Positions 52,867 to 63,617 of a stretch of 64,000 nt of DNA are shown here, in pieces. Positions within the stretch are counted from its first letter, which is position 1. The number at the start of each line of letters is the position of its first letter. The notes beneath the pieces are model-generated. The model saw nothing but the letters and a program-made list of their open reading frames with translations. It had not been told where the DNA came from and searched no databases. The stretch is taken from assembly GCA_965198045.1 (NCBI GenBank), contig CBDAOL010000007.1, positions 162,832-226,831 of the forward strand. The letters are read 5' to 3'. Both the position numbers and the translations under genes were made by a program. The stretch is from Dehalococcoidia bacterium (GTDB taxonomy: Bacteria > Chloroflexota > Dehalococcoidia > UBA2979).

Positions 52867-52941
52867 CAGGCGATAGGAGCATCAGAATCGCGCCTGACCC
52901 ATGTCTGATCCTCGACGCACGCGTGTCGCTGCTGGTGCTGC

Positions 52942-54039
52942 TCAGGGGGCGATCAGCTCGGCCGGGCGGCGCGAGGCGAAGTAGGGCATCACCAGCTCCC
53001 CGAACCGCGTGGCCTCCTCCGCGTGTGGGTTGCCGGAGAGGCAGAATTCAGTGCAGCCGATCGCGATGAACTGATCCAGCGCCTCCGCCACCTGCTGCGG
53101 GTTGCCCACGATGGCCACGCCCGCGCCCGGTCGCACGGTGCTCAGCCCGCTCCAGAGGTGGGGCGCCACGCGGAAGTCCTCCAGCTTCGTGAGCTCCCAC
53201 ATACGATCATTCGCCTCAGACTGCTCCCACAGAAGCTCGCGGCGCCTGCGCGCCTCGTCGGTGGCGTTGGCGATCAACGCGTCTGCGGCCGCCCACGCAT
53301 CGTCCTCGTACTCGCGCACGACGATTTGCAGCCGCATCCCGAAGCGCAGCTCGTCGGTGCGCCCGTAGGCGGCGGCGCGTCCACGAATCTCTTCGATCTT
53401 CTCCGCCGTCTTCTCGATCGTGTCGCCCCAGAAGAGGTAGACGTTAGCGTGCTTCGCGCCCAGGTCGCGCGCCGCTTCGGACTCGCCGCCGATGTAAAAC
53501 GGGGGGTGGGGCTGTTGGTAAGGGCGCGGCAGCACGGTCGCGCCTTCGAGGTCGAAGTGCGGCCCGTGGTGCGTCACGGGCTCGGCCTCCGTCCAGACGC
53601 GCGTCATGATCGTGACGGACTCGTCCATGACCGCATAGCGCTCGTCGTGGTCGTAGGTGATGCCCTCTGCTGCCTGCTTCGCACCGCCGGGGCCAGCGAT
53701 CAGATTGATGTAGACGCGCCCGGCCGTGAGCTGGTCAAAGGTCGTCACCATCTTCGCCGTCATCGTGGGGAGGATGTAGCCCGGGCGCGCGGCCACGAGG
53801 AGCTTCAACCGATTTGTGCGCGCGGCGATCATCGAGCAGACGATCCACGCATCCCAGCAGCCCGCCTCCACTGGCACGAGCGCGAACTCGAAGCCCGCAT
53901 CCTCGGCGGCCTGCGCGACGTCCATAGAGAGGTCTATGCCGGGCGGGATCTGACCCTCCCGATCCCCGTAACCGCGACCGTCGCCGGCCGTGGGGATGAA
54001 CCAGCCAAAGTGGATCGCCTCGCCAGCCGTGGGTGCCAT
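52942..54039 (-). CDS. LLM-class flavin monooxygenase (SsuD-like)
   Basis: WFIPTAGDG, LLVAARPG, PPFYIGGES, HLWSGL, IVGNPQQVA. Confidence 0.92.
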   Translation of the reverse strand: MAPTAGEAIHFGWFIPTAGDGRGYGDREGQIPPGIDLSMDVAQAAEDAGFEFALVPVEAGCWDAWIVCSMIAARTNRLKLLVAARPGYILPTMTAKMVTTFDQLTAGRVYINLIAGPGGAKQAAEGITYDHDERYAVMDESVTIMTRVWTEAEPVTHHGPHFDLEGATVLPRPYQQPHPPFYIGGESEAARDLGAKHANVYLFWGDTIEKTAEKIEEIRGRAAAYGRTDELRFGMRLQIVVREYEDDAWAAADALIANATDEARRRRELLWEQSEANDRMWELTKLEDFRVAPHLWSGLSTVRPGAGVAIVGNPQQVAEALDQFIAIGCTEFCLSGNPHAEEATRFGELVMPYFASRRPAELIAP

Positions 54040-54209
54040 CGAAGGGCTCCTCTTGCTCGTGCTGGACACAGTATGGCGCGTTTGGCCGCGCAGCGGCGGC
54101 GGCGGCATCGCGCCAGCGGTGAGTCGTCCTCGGGCAGGCCCCACGTCTGACCCGGCCGGCGATTAGGCTGCGCGGTGCATAGCAGCTCGCACGTTCAGGG
54201 AGGATCACC

Positions 54210-55012
54210 GTGACGGACAGGCTCGAGGGCAAAGTTGCGATCATCACCGGCGGCAACAGCGGGATCGGCGAGGGCACGGCCCACCTCTTTGCCCGCGAGG
54301 GGGCGAAGGTTGTCATCATGGCCCGCCGCGAGGAGCAGGGCCGAGCCGTGGAAGCCGCCATCCGGAACACTGGGGGTGAGGCGACCTTCCTGGTCTGTGA
54401 CGTCGCCGAAGAGGCCTCTATTGACTCGGCGGTCGAACAGGCCGCGGCGATGTATGGCGCGATCGACGTCCTCTTCAACAACGCGGGCGGCGGCGGCCCC
54501 GGCAACTTCCCCGATGAGACGCGCGAGGCCTTCGAGCGTGTCGTCCAGGTCAATCTGACCGGCACCTTCAGCATGAGCCGCGCCGTTTGGCCACACCTTG
54601 TGAACGCCGGCGGAGGGGCCGTGATCAACATGTCTTCACTGGCGGCCCAGCGGGGGTTCAGCCCTCGGATGCAAGACGAGTTCGGCGCGACCGCATCGGC
54701 GTACTACGCCGCGAAGGCGGGTGTCGATGCGCTCACGCGCTACATGGCGGGCGTCGGTGGCCACCACAGCATCCGGGTCAACGGTGTGCGCCCCGGTCAG
54801 ATCATGACGCCCGGTGCGACGCGCGGCACCATCAACGATCCCGACGCGGACACCACATCTTCGAGAAGATGTTCGACTTCGCCCAGATCGTGAAGGGCCC
54901 TGGCTACGTGGAGGATGTGGCCAACCTCGTGCTCTTCCTCGCCAGCGACGAATCGCGCTCCATCACCGGCGAGATGATCAACGTCGATGGAGGCGTGGCG
55001 GCGAAGATCTAG
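54210..55012 (+). CDS. SDR oxidoreductase, frameshifted near 54848
   Basis: TGGNSGIG, NNAG, YYAAK; C-terminus DVANLVLFLASDESRSITG...VDGG is in another frame. Confidence 0.9.
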
Positions 55013-55322
55013 AGCGCGCCTCCCAGCCGGATCGACGCGTGAGCGCCGCCCTGCGAGCTACGACTTGTTCTCGATGCTCTAGGTAGCACTGGCGCGCGGG
55101 ACGGCTATCGCCACGTCGGCACAGCACCGAGGTGATCGGAACATCACGCTGAGCGGCGCGGCGGTCTACGAGGTGCTGATCCGCCCCAGATTCTCAGCGC
55201 GGACGACCGACGAGGCCAGTCGTTCGCGGTGACCGCCCGCCGCTGGTCGTTCTCACGGTGAGGCGCGCCCGTGGGCGTTGCTAGACTGCGCTCGCAACGT
55301 GGGAAGCGCGGGAGCGAGCGTA

Positions 55323-56891
55323 ATGACCTGGCAACCTGAACTCGACGAAGTCGAACGCCGCAAGCAGATGGCCTACGAGATGGGCGGCGAGGAGCGGATC
55401 CGAGATCAGCACGACCGCGGGAAGCTCACCGTCCGCGAGCGGATCGACGCTTTGATCGACCCGGGGAGCCTTCGCGAGCGGAACATCCTGCAGGGCGCGG
55501 TGGCGTACGACGGCGACGTGCTCACCGAGTTCGTGCCGCGCCGCCGGGTGTTCGGGCTGGCGAGGCTCGACGGCCGAGAAGTGATCATCAGTGCGGACGA
55601 CTACACCGCGCGCGCGGCCAGCGGCAGCGCCGGCGTGGTGCGCGACAGCAGTCCGGCAAACCTGCGCTACAACACCCCGGACCACATGGCGCTCGAGACG
55701 AAGCTGCCGCTCGTGCGCCTCGTCGACGGCTTCGGTGCCGACGTCCGGCTCACGCAGGCGAGCGGCGCGACGGACATCCCCAACATGTCCTGGGACACGA
55801 TCACGGCGATGCTGCAGGAGCTCCCGCTGGTCGCGGTCGGGCTCGGATCGATCGCCGGGGCGCCGGCCGCGCTGATGGCGGGCAATCACTTCGCGGTCAT
55901 GGTGAAGGACATTACCCAGGTCTTCGCCGCCGGTCCGCCGGTCGTGAAGCGATCGCTTGGCCTCGACATCCATAAGGAGGACCTGGGCGGCTCCCGTATC
56001 CATGCGCGCGGCAGTGGCGTCGTCGACAACGAGGCCGAGGACGAGGCGGACGCGTTCGCGCAGGTCCGCCGCTTCCTCTCTTACTTGCCATCGAACGTCT
56101 ACCAGCTCCCGCCGGTGGTCGAGACCGACGATCCACCGGACCGCCGCGACGAGGAGCTGCTCTCGTTGATCCCCCGCGAGCGCATGAAGCCGTACGACTC
56201 GCGCCGTCTGATCGAACTGGTGGTCGACCGCGACTCGACGTTCGAGCTCGGGCGCTACTATGGACAGTCGCAGATCACCATATTCGCGCGGCTCAACGGC
56301 CGGCCGATCGGCGCGCTCGGGAACGATCCGCGGTTCTTCGGGGGCGGCATGGAGGCGACCGCGGCGCAGAAGCTGGAGAAGTTCGTCGACCTCTGCGACA
56401 CGTTTCATCTCCCGATCGTCAACTTCGCGGACCAGCCCGGCTTCGTGGTGGGGCCGGCCGCCGAGTCCGCCGGCACGCTGAAGCAGGGCGCCCGTGCGCT
56501 GACTGCAATTGAGGCGGCGACGGTGCCCTGGGCGACGGTGATAGTGCGCCGCCTCTATGGCGTCGCCGGACAGTCGCACCAGGCGCACACGCGCTGGGTC
56601 TACCGCGTCGCCTGGCCCTCGGCCGAGTGGGACTCGATCCCGATCGAGGGCGGCGTCGCCGCCGCCTACCGCCGGGAGATCGAGTCGCAGGACAACCCGG
56701 AGCAGTACCGCCGCGAGCTCGAGGCGAAGCTGTTGCGGGCGCGCTCGATCTTCCCGACCGCAGAGATCGGCGGCGTCGAGGAGATCATCGATCCGCGCGA
56801 CACGCGCCGCCTCCTTGGCGAGTGGCTCGACGTGATGTGGCGCAAGCTGCCCGATGATCTCGGGAAGAAAGCGCGGGGGATGCGCCCGTAG
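55323..56891 (+). CDS. acyl-CoA carboxylase carboxyltransferase subunit
   Basis: GKLTVRERIDAL, AAGPPVV, EDLGG, DQPGF, IIDPRDTR. Confidence 0.94.
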   Translation: MTWQPELDEVERRKQMAYEMGGEERIRDQHDRGKLTVRERIDALIDPGSLRERNILQGAVAYDGDVLTEFVPRRRVFGLARLDGREVIISADDYTARAASGSAGVVRDSSPANLRYNTPDHMALETKLPLVRLVDGFGADVRLTQASGATDIPNMSWDTITAMLQELPLVAVGLGSIAGAPAALMAGNHFAVMVKDITQVFAAGPPVVKRSLGLDIHKEDLGGSRIHARGSGVVDNEAEDEADAFAQVRRFLSYLPSNVYQLPPVVETDDPPDRRDEELLSLIPRERMKPYDSRRLIELVVDRDSTFELGRYYGQSQITIFARLNGRPIGALGNDPRFFGGGMEATAAQKLEKFVDLCDTFHLPIVNFADQPGFVVGPAAESAGTLKQGARALTAIEAATVPWATVIVRRLYGVAGQSHQAHTRWVYRVAWPSAEWDSIPIEGGVAAAYRREIESQDNPEQYRRELEAKLLRARSIFPTAEIGGVEEIIDPRDTRRLLGEWLDVMWRKLPDDLGKKARGMRP

Positions 56892-56932
56892 CGCGACCGG
56901 CGGACAAGACAGAGGAAGTGGTGCAGTCCGGC

Positions 56933-57367
56933 TTAGGTCGCTTCGAAGTAGAGGTGGTAGTCGCTTGAGCAGCCCGGGTTGAACGCGGCACCGCATACCG
57001 GGCACCGCGAGTCACAGGTCAGGTAGTCCCGGATACTGAGGATTTGGCCGCAAGCGCCGCAGAGGACAGCTCCCGAGTCGCGCTCCTCTAGGGTCCAAAC
57101 CTGAGCGGGGTGATCCGCCAGCGCCGCGTGACATTCGTAGCACGGGAACCACTTCCCACAGCACTTCATGCGCAGCGCGATGATGTCGGCTGGCCCGTGC
57201 CAGTGGTCGCACCGGGCTTCCGCGTCGACCGTAACACCGCGCACCGATTGGCCGTGGATCTCGCGTACGGGAGGGGCTCGACTTGCCCATTGCCTGCCTC
57301 CGAATCCGGGTGGACGACGACAGCGGGTTGCCCTCTCCAGGATCGCCGCGCGAAGGATAGCTTGCAA
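56933..57367 (-). CDS. CHY zinc-finger protein
   Basis: RCDHWH, KCCGKWFPCYECH, CGAC, CPVC..FNPGC; start uncertain. Confidence 0.88.
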   Translation of the reverse strand: MQAILRAAILERATRCRRPPGFGGRQWASRAPPVREIHGQSVRGVTVDAEARCDHWHGPADIIALRMKCCGKWFPCYECHAALADHPAQVWTLEERDSGAVLCGACGQILSIRDYLTCDSRCPVCGAAFNPGCSSDYHLYFEAT

Positions 57368-58622
57368 GTCCCGGAGGTCCCCACCCGTCGCTCAAAGGCC
57401 AACCCCCACTCTTCATTCGGTGGCCTTCACCCCGGGGCCCTTGCAACGACCTAGCGTTGCTGTGGATGCCGTGCTCGGCGGCGGGGTCAAGGTTGCGAAC
57501 CTGACGATGCTCAGGAGTGAGCTTTGTTCGGACAGAAATCTGCAGACCTCGCTATTGACGACGCGGTATCGAGAGCCTGGTGGCCAGCCCAAGGCTCTCC
57601 CGCGTCCACCCAAAGACGCTTGGCACACCCCGAGGCCGAAGGCCCGAGCGGCAGCAGGCGCTCTACTGTGCGCTTCGTGAGCATCGCGTGTGACACGCTC
57701 CGACTAGAACACGCTGGGTCGTCGACCCGGCGTTCATCTAGCGTGCAAGTCAGCCCCAGCAAGTGTGAGTCCGGGTGATGGATGGAGCGAGTCCGAATGA
57801 CCGAATTCACTCGGGCGGACGGGGTGTTGTTAGCAGTGCTTGCTACGAGTTTCGTCCTACTCCTGCTGCTGATTTCGGAACTGAGCGAGAGAGTTCGCAT
57901 CCAGTCGAGAGGCCAAGCTGGACGGGGGCTCCCGGGACGCGCGAGGGGCCTCGGGGTCTCCAGTGCACCCTGTGCGGTCCACTGCGGCGGCAGCTATCGG
58001 TCAGCGAGGCTCGGGCATCGGCCCAGGCGTTGCGGTGCTGAGCAACGCCGGAGTAGCCCGAAGTGGCCAGCATCCGGCGGACAGACCTCACCAACCGGTA
58101 CGTCGTGAGTGCGCACGACTTCAGGCGCGGACGCACCTCGACGCCACCAGCGCAACCGTGGGTTCAACTGTCACCACGGTCGGTCGAGCTGATCGTCGAA
58201 CCACAGCTCGTGTCGCACTGACTCGATAGCCCGCGCAGCTCGCCTCAGACGACCTGGCGGACAACCGTGGCTTTCGCGGCGTCTCGACGGCCACGGCTCA
58301 GCGAGCGGCTGCGGTCACTCCGCTGTCGCGGTGTCCCTGTACCCTGGCAGCGAGCGCCACACCCTGCACGCGTTATTCCCAGCGCTAGCGGCAACGACCC
58401 CGGCTAACCCCGGACCGCAATCATGTTCGATGCGCCGAGAATTTTGAACCACCCCGGTCCCAAGATGTTCTCGCACTTAAGCACGACATCGACACCCAAG
58501 CGTTCCGCCAGGGTGATGCCGGGCCAGAGCGGCGGGTTGCGAACGATCCCTTTACACGGGGGAGGCGGTTCGTATCCACCAGTCCGTCTTCAACCGCCGT
58601 GACTCGTGTCGCGCGCGGCCGA

Positions 58623-59003
58623 TCAGTCGCGAGCCACGCCCGATCCGTGTTCGCCGTCCGGGATGAAGTAGGGGTGCGCCAATGCCTCGTGCGGCCAGAG
58701 GAACTCGAAGCCCGCATCGAGCGCGTACTTCCGGTCCAGGTCCTCGCGATCGCCGATGTGGTAGTAGACATCGGCTGCGAACCGCGCCTTAACGTCCGGC
58801 AGCATCTGCTTTGAGACCGCGAAGTCGACGCTGATGTCGTGCTGCTCCCAGATCGCACGCTGGCCGCTGATGGTGCGGTCGGAGCAGCTGCCGATCAGGA
58901 AGCCCTTCTGCTGCACGAGGCGCACCATGTCCATCGTGAGCACGCCCGGCGGGTCGCCGATCTCAAGCGTGCCATCGATGTCGAAGCTGATCAGGACCAA
59001 CAC
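58623..59003 (-). CDS. small HAD-family hydrolase
   Basis: ISFDIDGTL, HIGDREDLD. Confidence 0.85.
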   Translation of the reverse strand: MLVLISFDIDGTLEIGDPPGVLTMDMVRLVQQKGFLIGSCSDRTISGQRAIWEQHDISVDFAVSKQMLPDVKARFAADVYYHIGDREDLDRKYALDAGFEFLWPHEALAHPYFIPDGEHGSGVARD

Positions 59004-59062
59004 GTGCGTTCCTCTCCCGGGCGGGCACCTGGCGGCGCCGCCTCTGCGGATGCCCGCTAGCG

Positions 59063-60385
59063 TTAATTTGGGGTGGCGCTCCACACTGTGAAGTTGCCGC
59101 CGAGGGGCATGGGGCCGCCGGAGACGGCGACCTCGGGCTTCACGCCCGTGACCTGGCGGTCGCCTGCGCGGCCCTGCAGCTGCTGGATGCAGTCGGTATG
59201 CAGCCACACGCGACTGCGCCCGCTGCCGATGTTGCCGCCGCTGGGCGAAACCGGATTCGGACCCTCGATGCTGATGTCCGTCTGGTAGAAGTCCAGCGCG
59301 TCGCCGAACTTGATCCCGCGGAAGCCGAGGCCCTCGAGGTGGAACTGGTGGAAGAGCGAGAAGCCGTCGTACATGTTCTCGAACGACAGATCATCTGCGG
59401 TGATCCCCGCCCCCTCGTACAGCTTCCGCGCCGTGCGCGCGGTGTCCTCCTCGACCTCGTCGAGGGTGGGCGTGAGGCTGCGCGGCAGGGTGTTGCTGGA
59501 GGCATGGTTGAGGATGTAGACCGGCTTCTGTCGCATGTCCTGGGCGCGGGCCGCGGCTGTAAAGAGATAGGCCCCCGACATCATGATCGGGATGTCATTG
59601 TCGAAAAGGCTCGCTGGCTTGGCGATCCAGCGCGCGGCCAGGTAGTCCTCGCGTGCCAGCTCCTCGGGCCGATGCTGCGCCCAGTACCCCTCCGGGAACA
59701 TCAGCCCGTTCCGGCGCGAGTTCTCCATGAAGGGGGCCATCATGTCGTGCGTCTTGCCGTACTTGCGGCAGTACTCCGCGAACTGGAGCGCGGTACCGTA
59801 GCTGGCGGGCGTCCCCCAGAGCCGGCTGATCGCGGCTGAACCGGGCAGCGTGTCCTCGGCGTTGGCGCCGCCCTGATAATAGCGGCCCTCGAAGTTATGC
59901 CAGCTCTTGACCACAAGGCAGGTGTGGGTGAGACCGTCACCCACCGCTTGCGCCGTGACGTTGAGCGCGTTCGACATGCAGCCGGGGCCGTACATCGTGA
60001 ACTGGATGTTCGTCAGTTCAGGCATGTTCGCTAGCAGCCACTCCGTGCTCAGCTTCGCGATGCCATCGAGCGGATCGCTGCTGGGATTGAAGGCGTCGAC
60101 CACGTCCATGGGGACGGGCTTCCCCTCCTCCCAGTGGGCGCCAGTGGTGGTGGTCGGGACCACGACCAGGCCATCGACCTGATCCGGCAACACGCCGGCG
60201 TCCTCCATCGCCCGCCGTAGCGCCAGGATCGTGAGCGCCCCCACGGAAGTCTCGGCGCGCCCGTCCCAGCGCCGCGTCGTCGGCGCGTGGCCGACGCCGA
60301 CGGCCGCGACCTTCCCACGGTGTTCCCATAGGCCAAGGCCCTCATCGTTGCGATACATTGAAACTGGAGCGTTCTCTGTCATCAT
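59063..60385 (-). CDS. thiolase-like (SCP2/Ltp2-type) protein
   Basis: KVAAVGVG, MYDGF, SPSGGNIGSG. Confidence 0.88.
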   Translation of the reverse strand: MMTENAPVSMYRNDEGLGLWEHRGKVAAVGVGHAPTTRRWDGRAETSVGALTILALRRAMEDAGVLPDQVDGLVVVPTTTTGAHWEEGKPVPMDVVDAFNPSSDPLDGIAKLSTEWLLANMPELTNIQFTMYGPGCMSNALNVTAQAVGDGLTHTCLVVKSWHNFEGRYYQGGANAEDTLPGSAAISRLWGTPASYGTALQFAEYCRKYGKTHDMMAPFMENSRRNGLMFPEGYWAQHRPEELAREDYLAARWIAKPASLFDNDIPIMMSGAYLFTAAARAQDMRQKPVYILNHASSNTLPRSLTPTLDEVEEDTARTARKLYEGAGITADDLSFENMYDGFSLFHQFHLEGLGFRGIKFGDALDFYQTDISIEGPNPVSPSGGNIGSGRSRVWLHTDCIQQLQGRAGDRQVTGVKPEVAVSGGPMPLGGNFTVWSATPN

Positions 60386-60428
60386 CGTTCATCCCTGGAA
60401 GCTGTGCGAATAGATGGAGGCGCGGACG

Positions 60429-60839
60429 TCAACCGACGACCCGCCACTCGGGGACCTTTTGGCCGTTCGCCGTCTCCTCGAACATGACCTCCACGATGGC
60501 GCCGACCGGGACCTCGTCCGCGGGTAACCCGGGGAGGTGCGAATACATCTGGATGCCCGGATCGTCTTCGAGCATGATCACCGCCACGTTGAACGGCTGA
60601 TCCTCCTGGAGCAGTCGCACCGGGCAATCGTGGACGACCCCGTAGTTGTAGATCGTGCCTCGCCCGCCCATCTGCTTCCACTCGAGGTGCTCGCTCGACC
60701 CGCACGCCCCGCAGGCGGGCGCCGGGGGGTGCTGCAGCCTGCTACAGGCGTTGCAGTGTTGGATCACGAGCCGCTCTTCGTTCGCGGCGTCCCAGAACGG
60801 CTTGGTGAACTCGTCGGGTACAACACCCTGCTTGGTCAT
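60429..60839 (-). CDS. DUF35 Zn-ribbon/OB-fold protein
   Basis: PFWDAA, CNAC, CGAC. Confidence 0.92.
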   Translation of the reverse strand: MTKQGVVPDEFTKPFWDAANEERLVIQHCNACSRLQHPPAPACGACGSSEHLEWKQMGGRGTIYNYGVVHDCPVRLLQEDQPFNVAVIMLEDDPGIQMYSHLPGLPADEVPVGAIVEVMFEETANGQKVPEWRVVG

Positions 60840-60928
60840 GGCTCCTTCTATCCGCGCATCCGAAAGGCTGCCGGCCCCACGCGGAGCTGGCCCTCACCGC
60901 TGCGCCTCGCGAGCTACCGTAAGGCCTC

Positions 60929-61470
60929 GCGCAACGACACCAACGTCGGTCGCGTGGAAACAGCACACGCCGCCCGAACCCGCAGACCCAATCGCTGACA
61001 CTCGGCTTACATCGGCGCTGGATGATGACACCTTTCGCTTTCCGAGCGCCAAGTCTCGCGTGACCTGTGACGCAGATGTCATCATCTAGCTCGAATGTCG
61101 GCGCAACGACACCAACGTCGGTCGCGTGGAAACAGCACACGTCCGCCGAGCTACCCGCAGACCCAGATCGCTGGAGGACGGCCGCTTACATCGGCGCTGG
61201 ATCCGCTCGACTTCACCTGGGTGCGGGCGGGGCCGTGGGCGACGCGCTGGTTGGCGCTGCTCGGCGCCGAGGTACTCAAGGTCGAGTGGCCCGACCCCCG
61301 CCTGGGTGCCTTCACGGGCCGCCTGCCGCTGGCCCGGCCCGGGACCACGCCCGAGGGCATCACGCCCGGGATCAACTCGAACGGCCACTTCAGCGATCAG
61401 AACGCTCATAATGACACCTTTCGCTTTCCGAGCGCCAAGTCTCGCGTGACCTGTGAGCGACATCATCTAC
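60929..61470. repeat. interleaved imperfect duplications
   Basis: GCAACGACACCAACGTCGGTCGCGTGGAAACAGCACACG at 60931 and 61103; ATGACACCTTTCGCTTTCCGAGCGCCAAGTCTCGCGTGACCTGTGA at 61025 and 61411. Confidence 0.85.
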
Positions 61471-62165
61471 GTCTCGATGGCCGGGCTGTCATGGGCCCCT
61501 CGGTGCATCCGGGCTGACCTTCCTCTCCGGCCTCCCGGACCATCCGCCAGCGGGCTGGGGCTGGTCCTACATGGACGACACCGGCGGCATGTACGGCGCG
61601 ATGTCGGTGCGCGCGCTGTCAGCTATTCGCTCGGGTGATCGCCGGGTGCGACCGGGGGCGGCCATTGGATCTAGGCACGCTCGGCGGTGGCTACAACGAT
61701 TGGTGCACCCTCGTGTGCCACTCGGACGAGGAGTGGCGGTCGTTGGGCGCTGTCATGGGCGGACCCGCCTGGGCGTCCGAGGAGCAGTTCGCCACGCTCG
61801 ACCAGCGGCTGCAGCACCAGGAGGAGCTGGACCGCCGCATCGAGCAGTGGACCCTGACGCTGGACAAGTACGAGCTGACGGCGCGGTGCCAGGCGGGCGG
61901 CGTGCGAGCCATGCCGGTGCAAAGCAGCGAGGATCGGGTCGAGCGCGATCCTCAGCTCCAACACCGAGCGGCGTACACGATCGTCGACCACTCGGTGATC
62001 GGGCCGTACCCGCTGCAGCAGGCGCCGTGGCGGTTCTCGGACACGCCGACGCCGGTCGAGCGTGCGGGGCCGCTGGCCGGCCAGGATAACGTGGCGGTGC
62101 TCGTCGATCGCCTCGGCCTGCTGGCCGAGGAACTACGGGCAGGCTACGCCGACGGGACGTTCTGA
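61205..62165 (+). pseudogene. fragmented CaiB/BaiF CoA-transferase
   Basis: LDFTWVRAGPWATRWLALLGAEVLKVEWP; DIIYVSM; SYMDDTGG; GPLAGQDN, spread over different frames. Confidence 0.8.
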
Positions 62166-62251
62166 CCGGAGGGCGTCCCGCTCGAGCCCTATCTGCTGGA
62201 CGCACTCGACGAGCGTGAGCGAAGCAACGACGGGACCCAGGAGCCGGCGTC

Positions 62252-63508
62252 ATGACGGCGCCACCTGCACCCCCCGGCCCGCTGGCAGGGCTGCGTGTGA
62301 TCGAGCTGGCGAGCCACATCGGTCAGTGGTGCGGCAAGCTAATGGCGGACCTGGGCGCCGATGTGATCAAGGTGGAGCCGCCGGGCGGAGTCGAGGAGCG
62401 GCGGGTCGGCCCCTTCTATCGCGACGAGCCGCACCCGGAGCGGTCGCTCTACTTCTGGCGCTACAACACCAGCAAGCGATCGGTCGTGCTCGACCTCAAG
62501 CACCCGCAGGGGCGACGCGTCTTCCGGCGCCTGGTCGACAACGCAGACGTGCTCCTGGAGACGCACCCGCCAGGAGCGCTGCCCGCGCTGGGCCTGGGCC
62601 ACGAGGCGCTGGCGGAGGGGCACCCAGAGCTGGTCATGTGCTCGCTGACCCCGTTCGGACAGGATGGTCCCTGGCGCGACTATCGCTCGGCCGATCTGCT
62701 GCACCTGGCGGCCGGCGGACAGATGGCCGGCTGCGGCTATGACCTGGCGGACGACCCGGACCAGCAGCCCATCGCGCCCGGCGGTGGCAACGCCTGGCAC
62801 GTTGGCTCGCACTTCGCCTACATCGCGATCATGGCGGCGGTGCTCCGCCGCCAGCTCACCGGGGTCGGTCAGTACATCGACTGCTCGGTGCACGAGGCCT
62901 GCGCGCTCACCACCGAAGCACACGTCAGTAACTGGGTGTACGGCGGCCGTGTGGTAAGCAGGCAGACCGGCCGGCACGCCGCCGCCAACCCCACGCCGCC
63001 GACCCAACTCGCGACGCGCGACGGCGGGATGGTCAACGTGAACTTCGGCAACCTCACGCCAGCCACGGTCCGCTCGATCGCCGACTGGATGGACCGCAGC
63101 GGCTGGGGCGGCGAGCTGCTGGACGTTCGCTAGCGCGACCCGCAGGTGCTCGATCAGGAGCGTGCGGAGATCATCGGGCAGATCCGGGCGTTCACGGCCT
63201 CACGCAGCGCGGAGGAGGCCTACCGAGGTGCCCAGGAGGCCGGGATGCCGTGGGGAGCGATCCGAGCGCCGGAGCAGGTCGCCGAGGATCGGCACTTCCA
63301 CGAGCGTGGGTTCTTCACGCCGGTCGAGCACACTGAGCTGGGAGTGACCATCACCTACCCGGGCGCCGCCGCCCGCTACTCGCGTTCGCTGTGGCGGATC
63401 ACGCGCCGCGCCCCGCTGATCGGCGAGCACAGCGCCGAGGTCGGCGCGGAGCTCGGCATCACCTCCAAGGAGCTGGCGGACCTCCGCGCGGCGGGAGCCT
63501 TCGGGTAA
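62252..63508 (+). pseudogene. CaiB/BaiF CoA-transferase with in-frame TAG at 63131
   Basis: PLAGLRVIEL, ADLGADVIKVEP; ORF 63146-63508 is in the same frame and ends APLIGEH. Confidence 0.88.
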
Positions 63509-63617
63509 CCGTCAGGCGCGCGGCGGGGGCACCCGTCCGACGCCCGCCGCCGCAAGGTGGGCGGCGCCTGGCGCGAGCAGCTGACGTTCAGCCGGAATCG
63601 CCCCGGGCGCCTTCACG

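Larger units (their letters stand above)
51537..52883 (+). mobile_element. IS110-family element with ATC core at both junctions
   Basis: GAG-ATC-TGACAGGG on the left, ATAGGAGC-ATC-AGAATC on the right; no terminal IRs; long upstream non-coding region. Confidence 0.85.

Noticed and set aside
52863-52888. Sigma70 promoter formed by TTGACA at the IS110 right end
   Set aside because: No convincing -10 hexamer at 16-18 bp spacing in either the integrated or circular junction
55281-57005. 574-aa minus-strand ORF (likewise 43263-44873, 37867-39141, 27476-28795, 11535-12530)
   Set aside because: Shadow ORFs opposite well-supported genes, expected in high-GC DNA
60929-61470. Mini-CRISPR (repeat containing GTGGAAAC) or a real tandem duplication
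   Set aside because: Only two copies; similarity extends well beyond the putative repeat, and the copies are interleaved with CoA-transferase codons through many small indels, which looks like a consensus/polishing artefact
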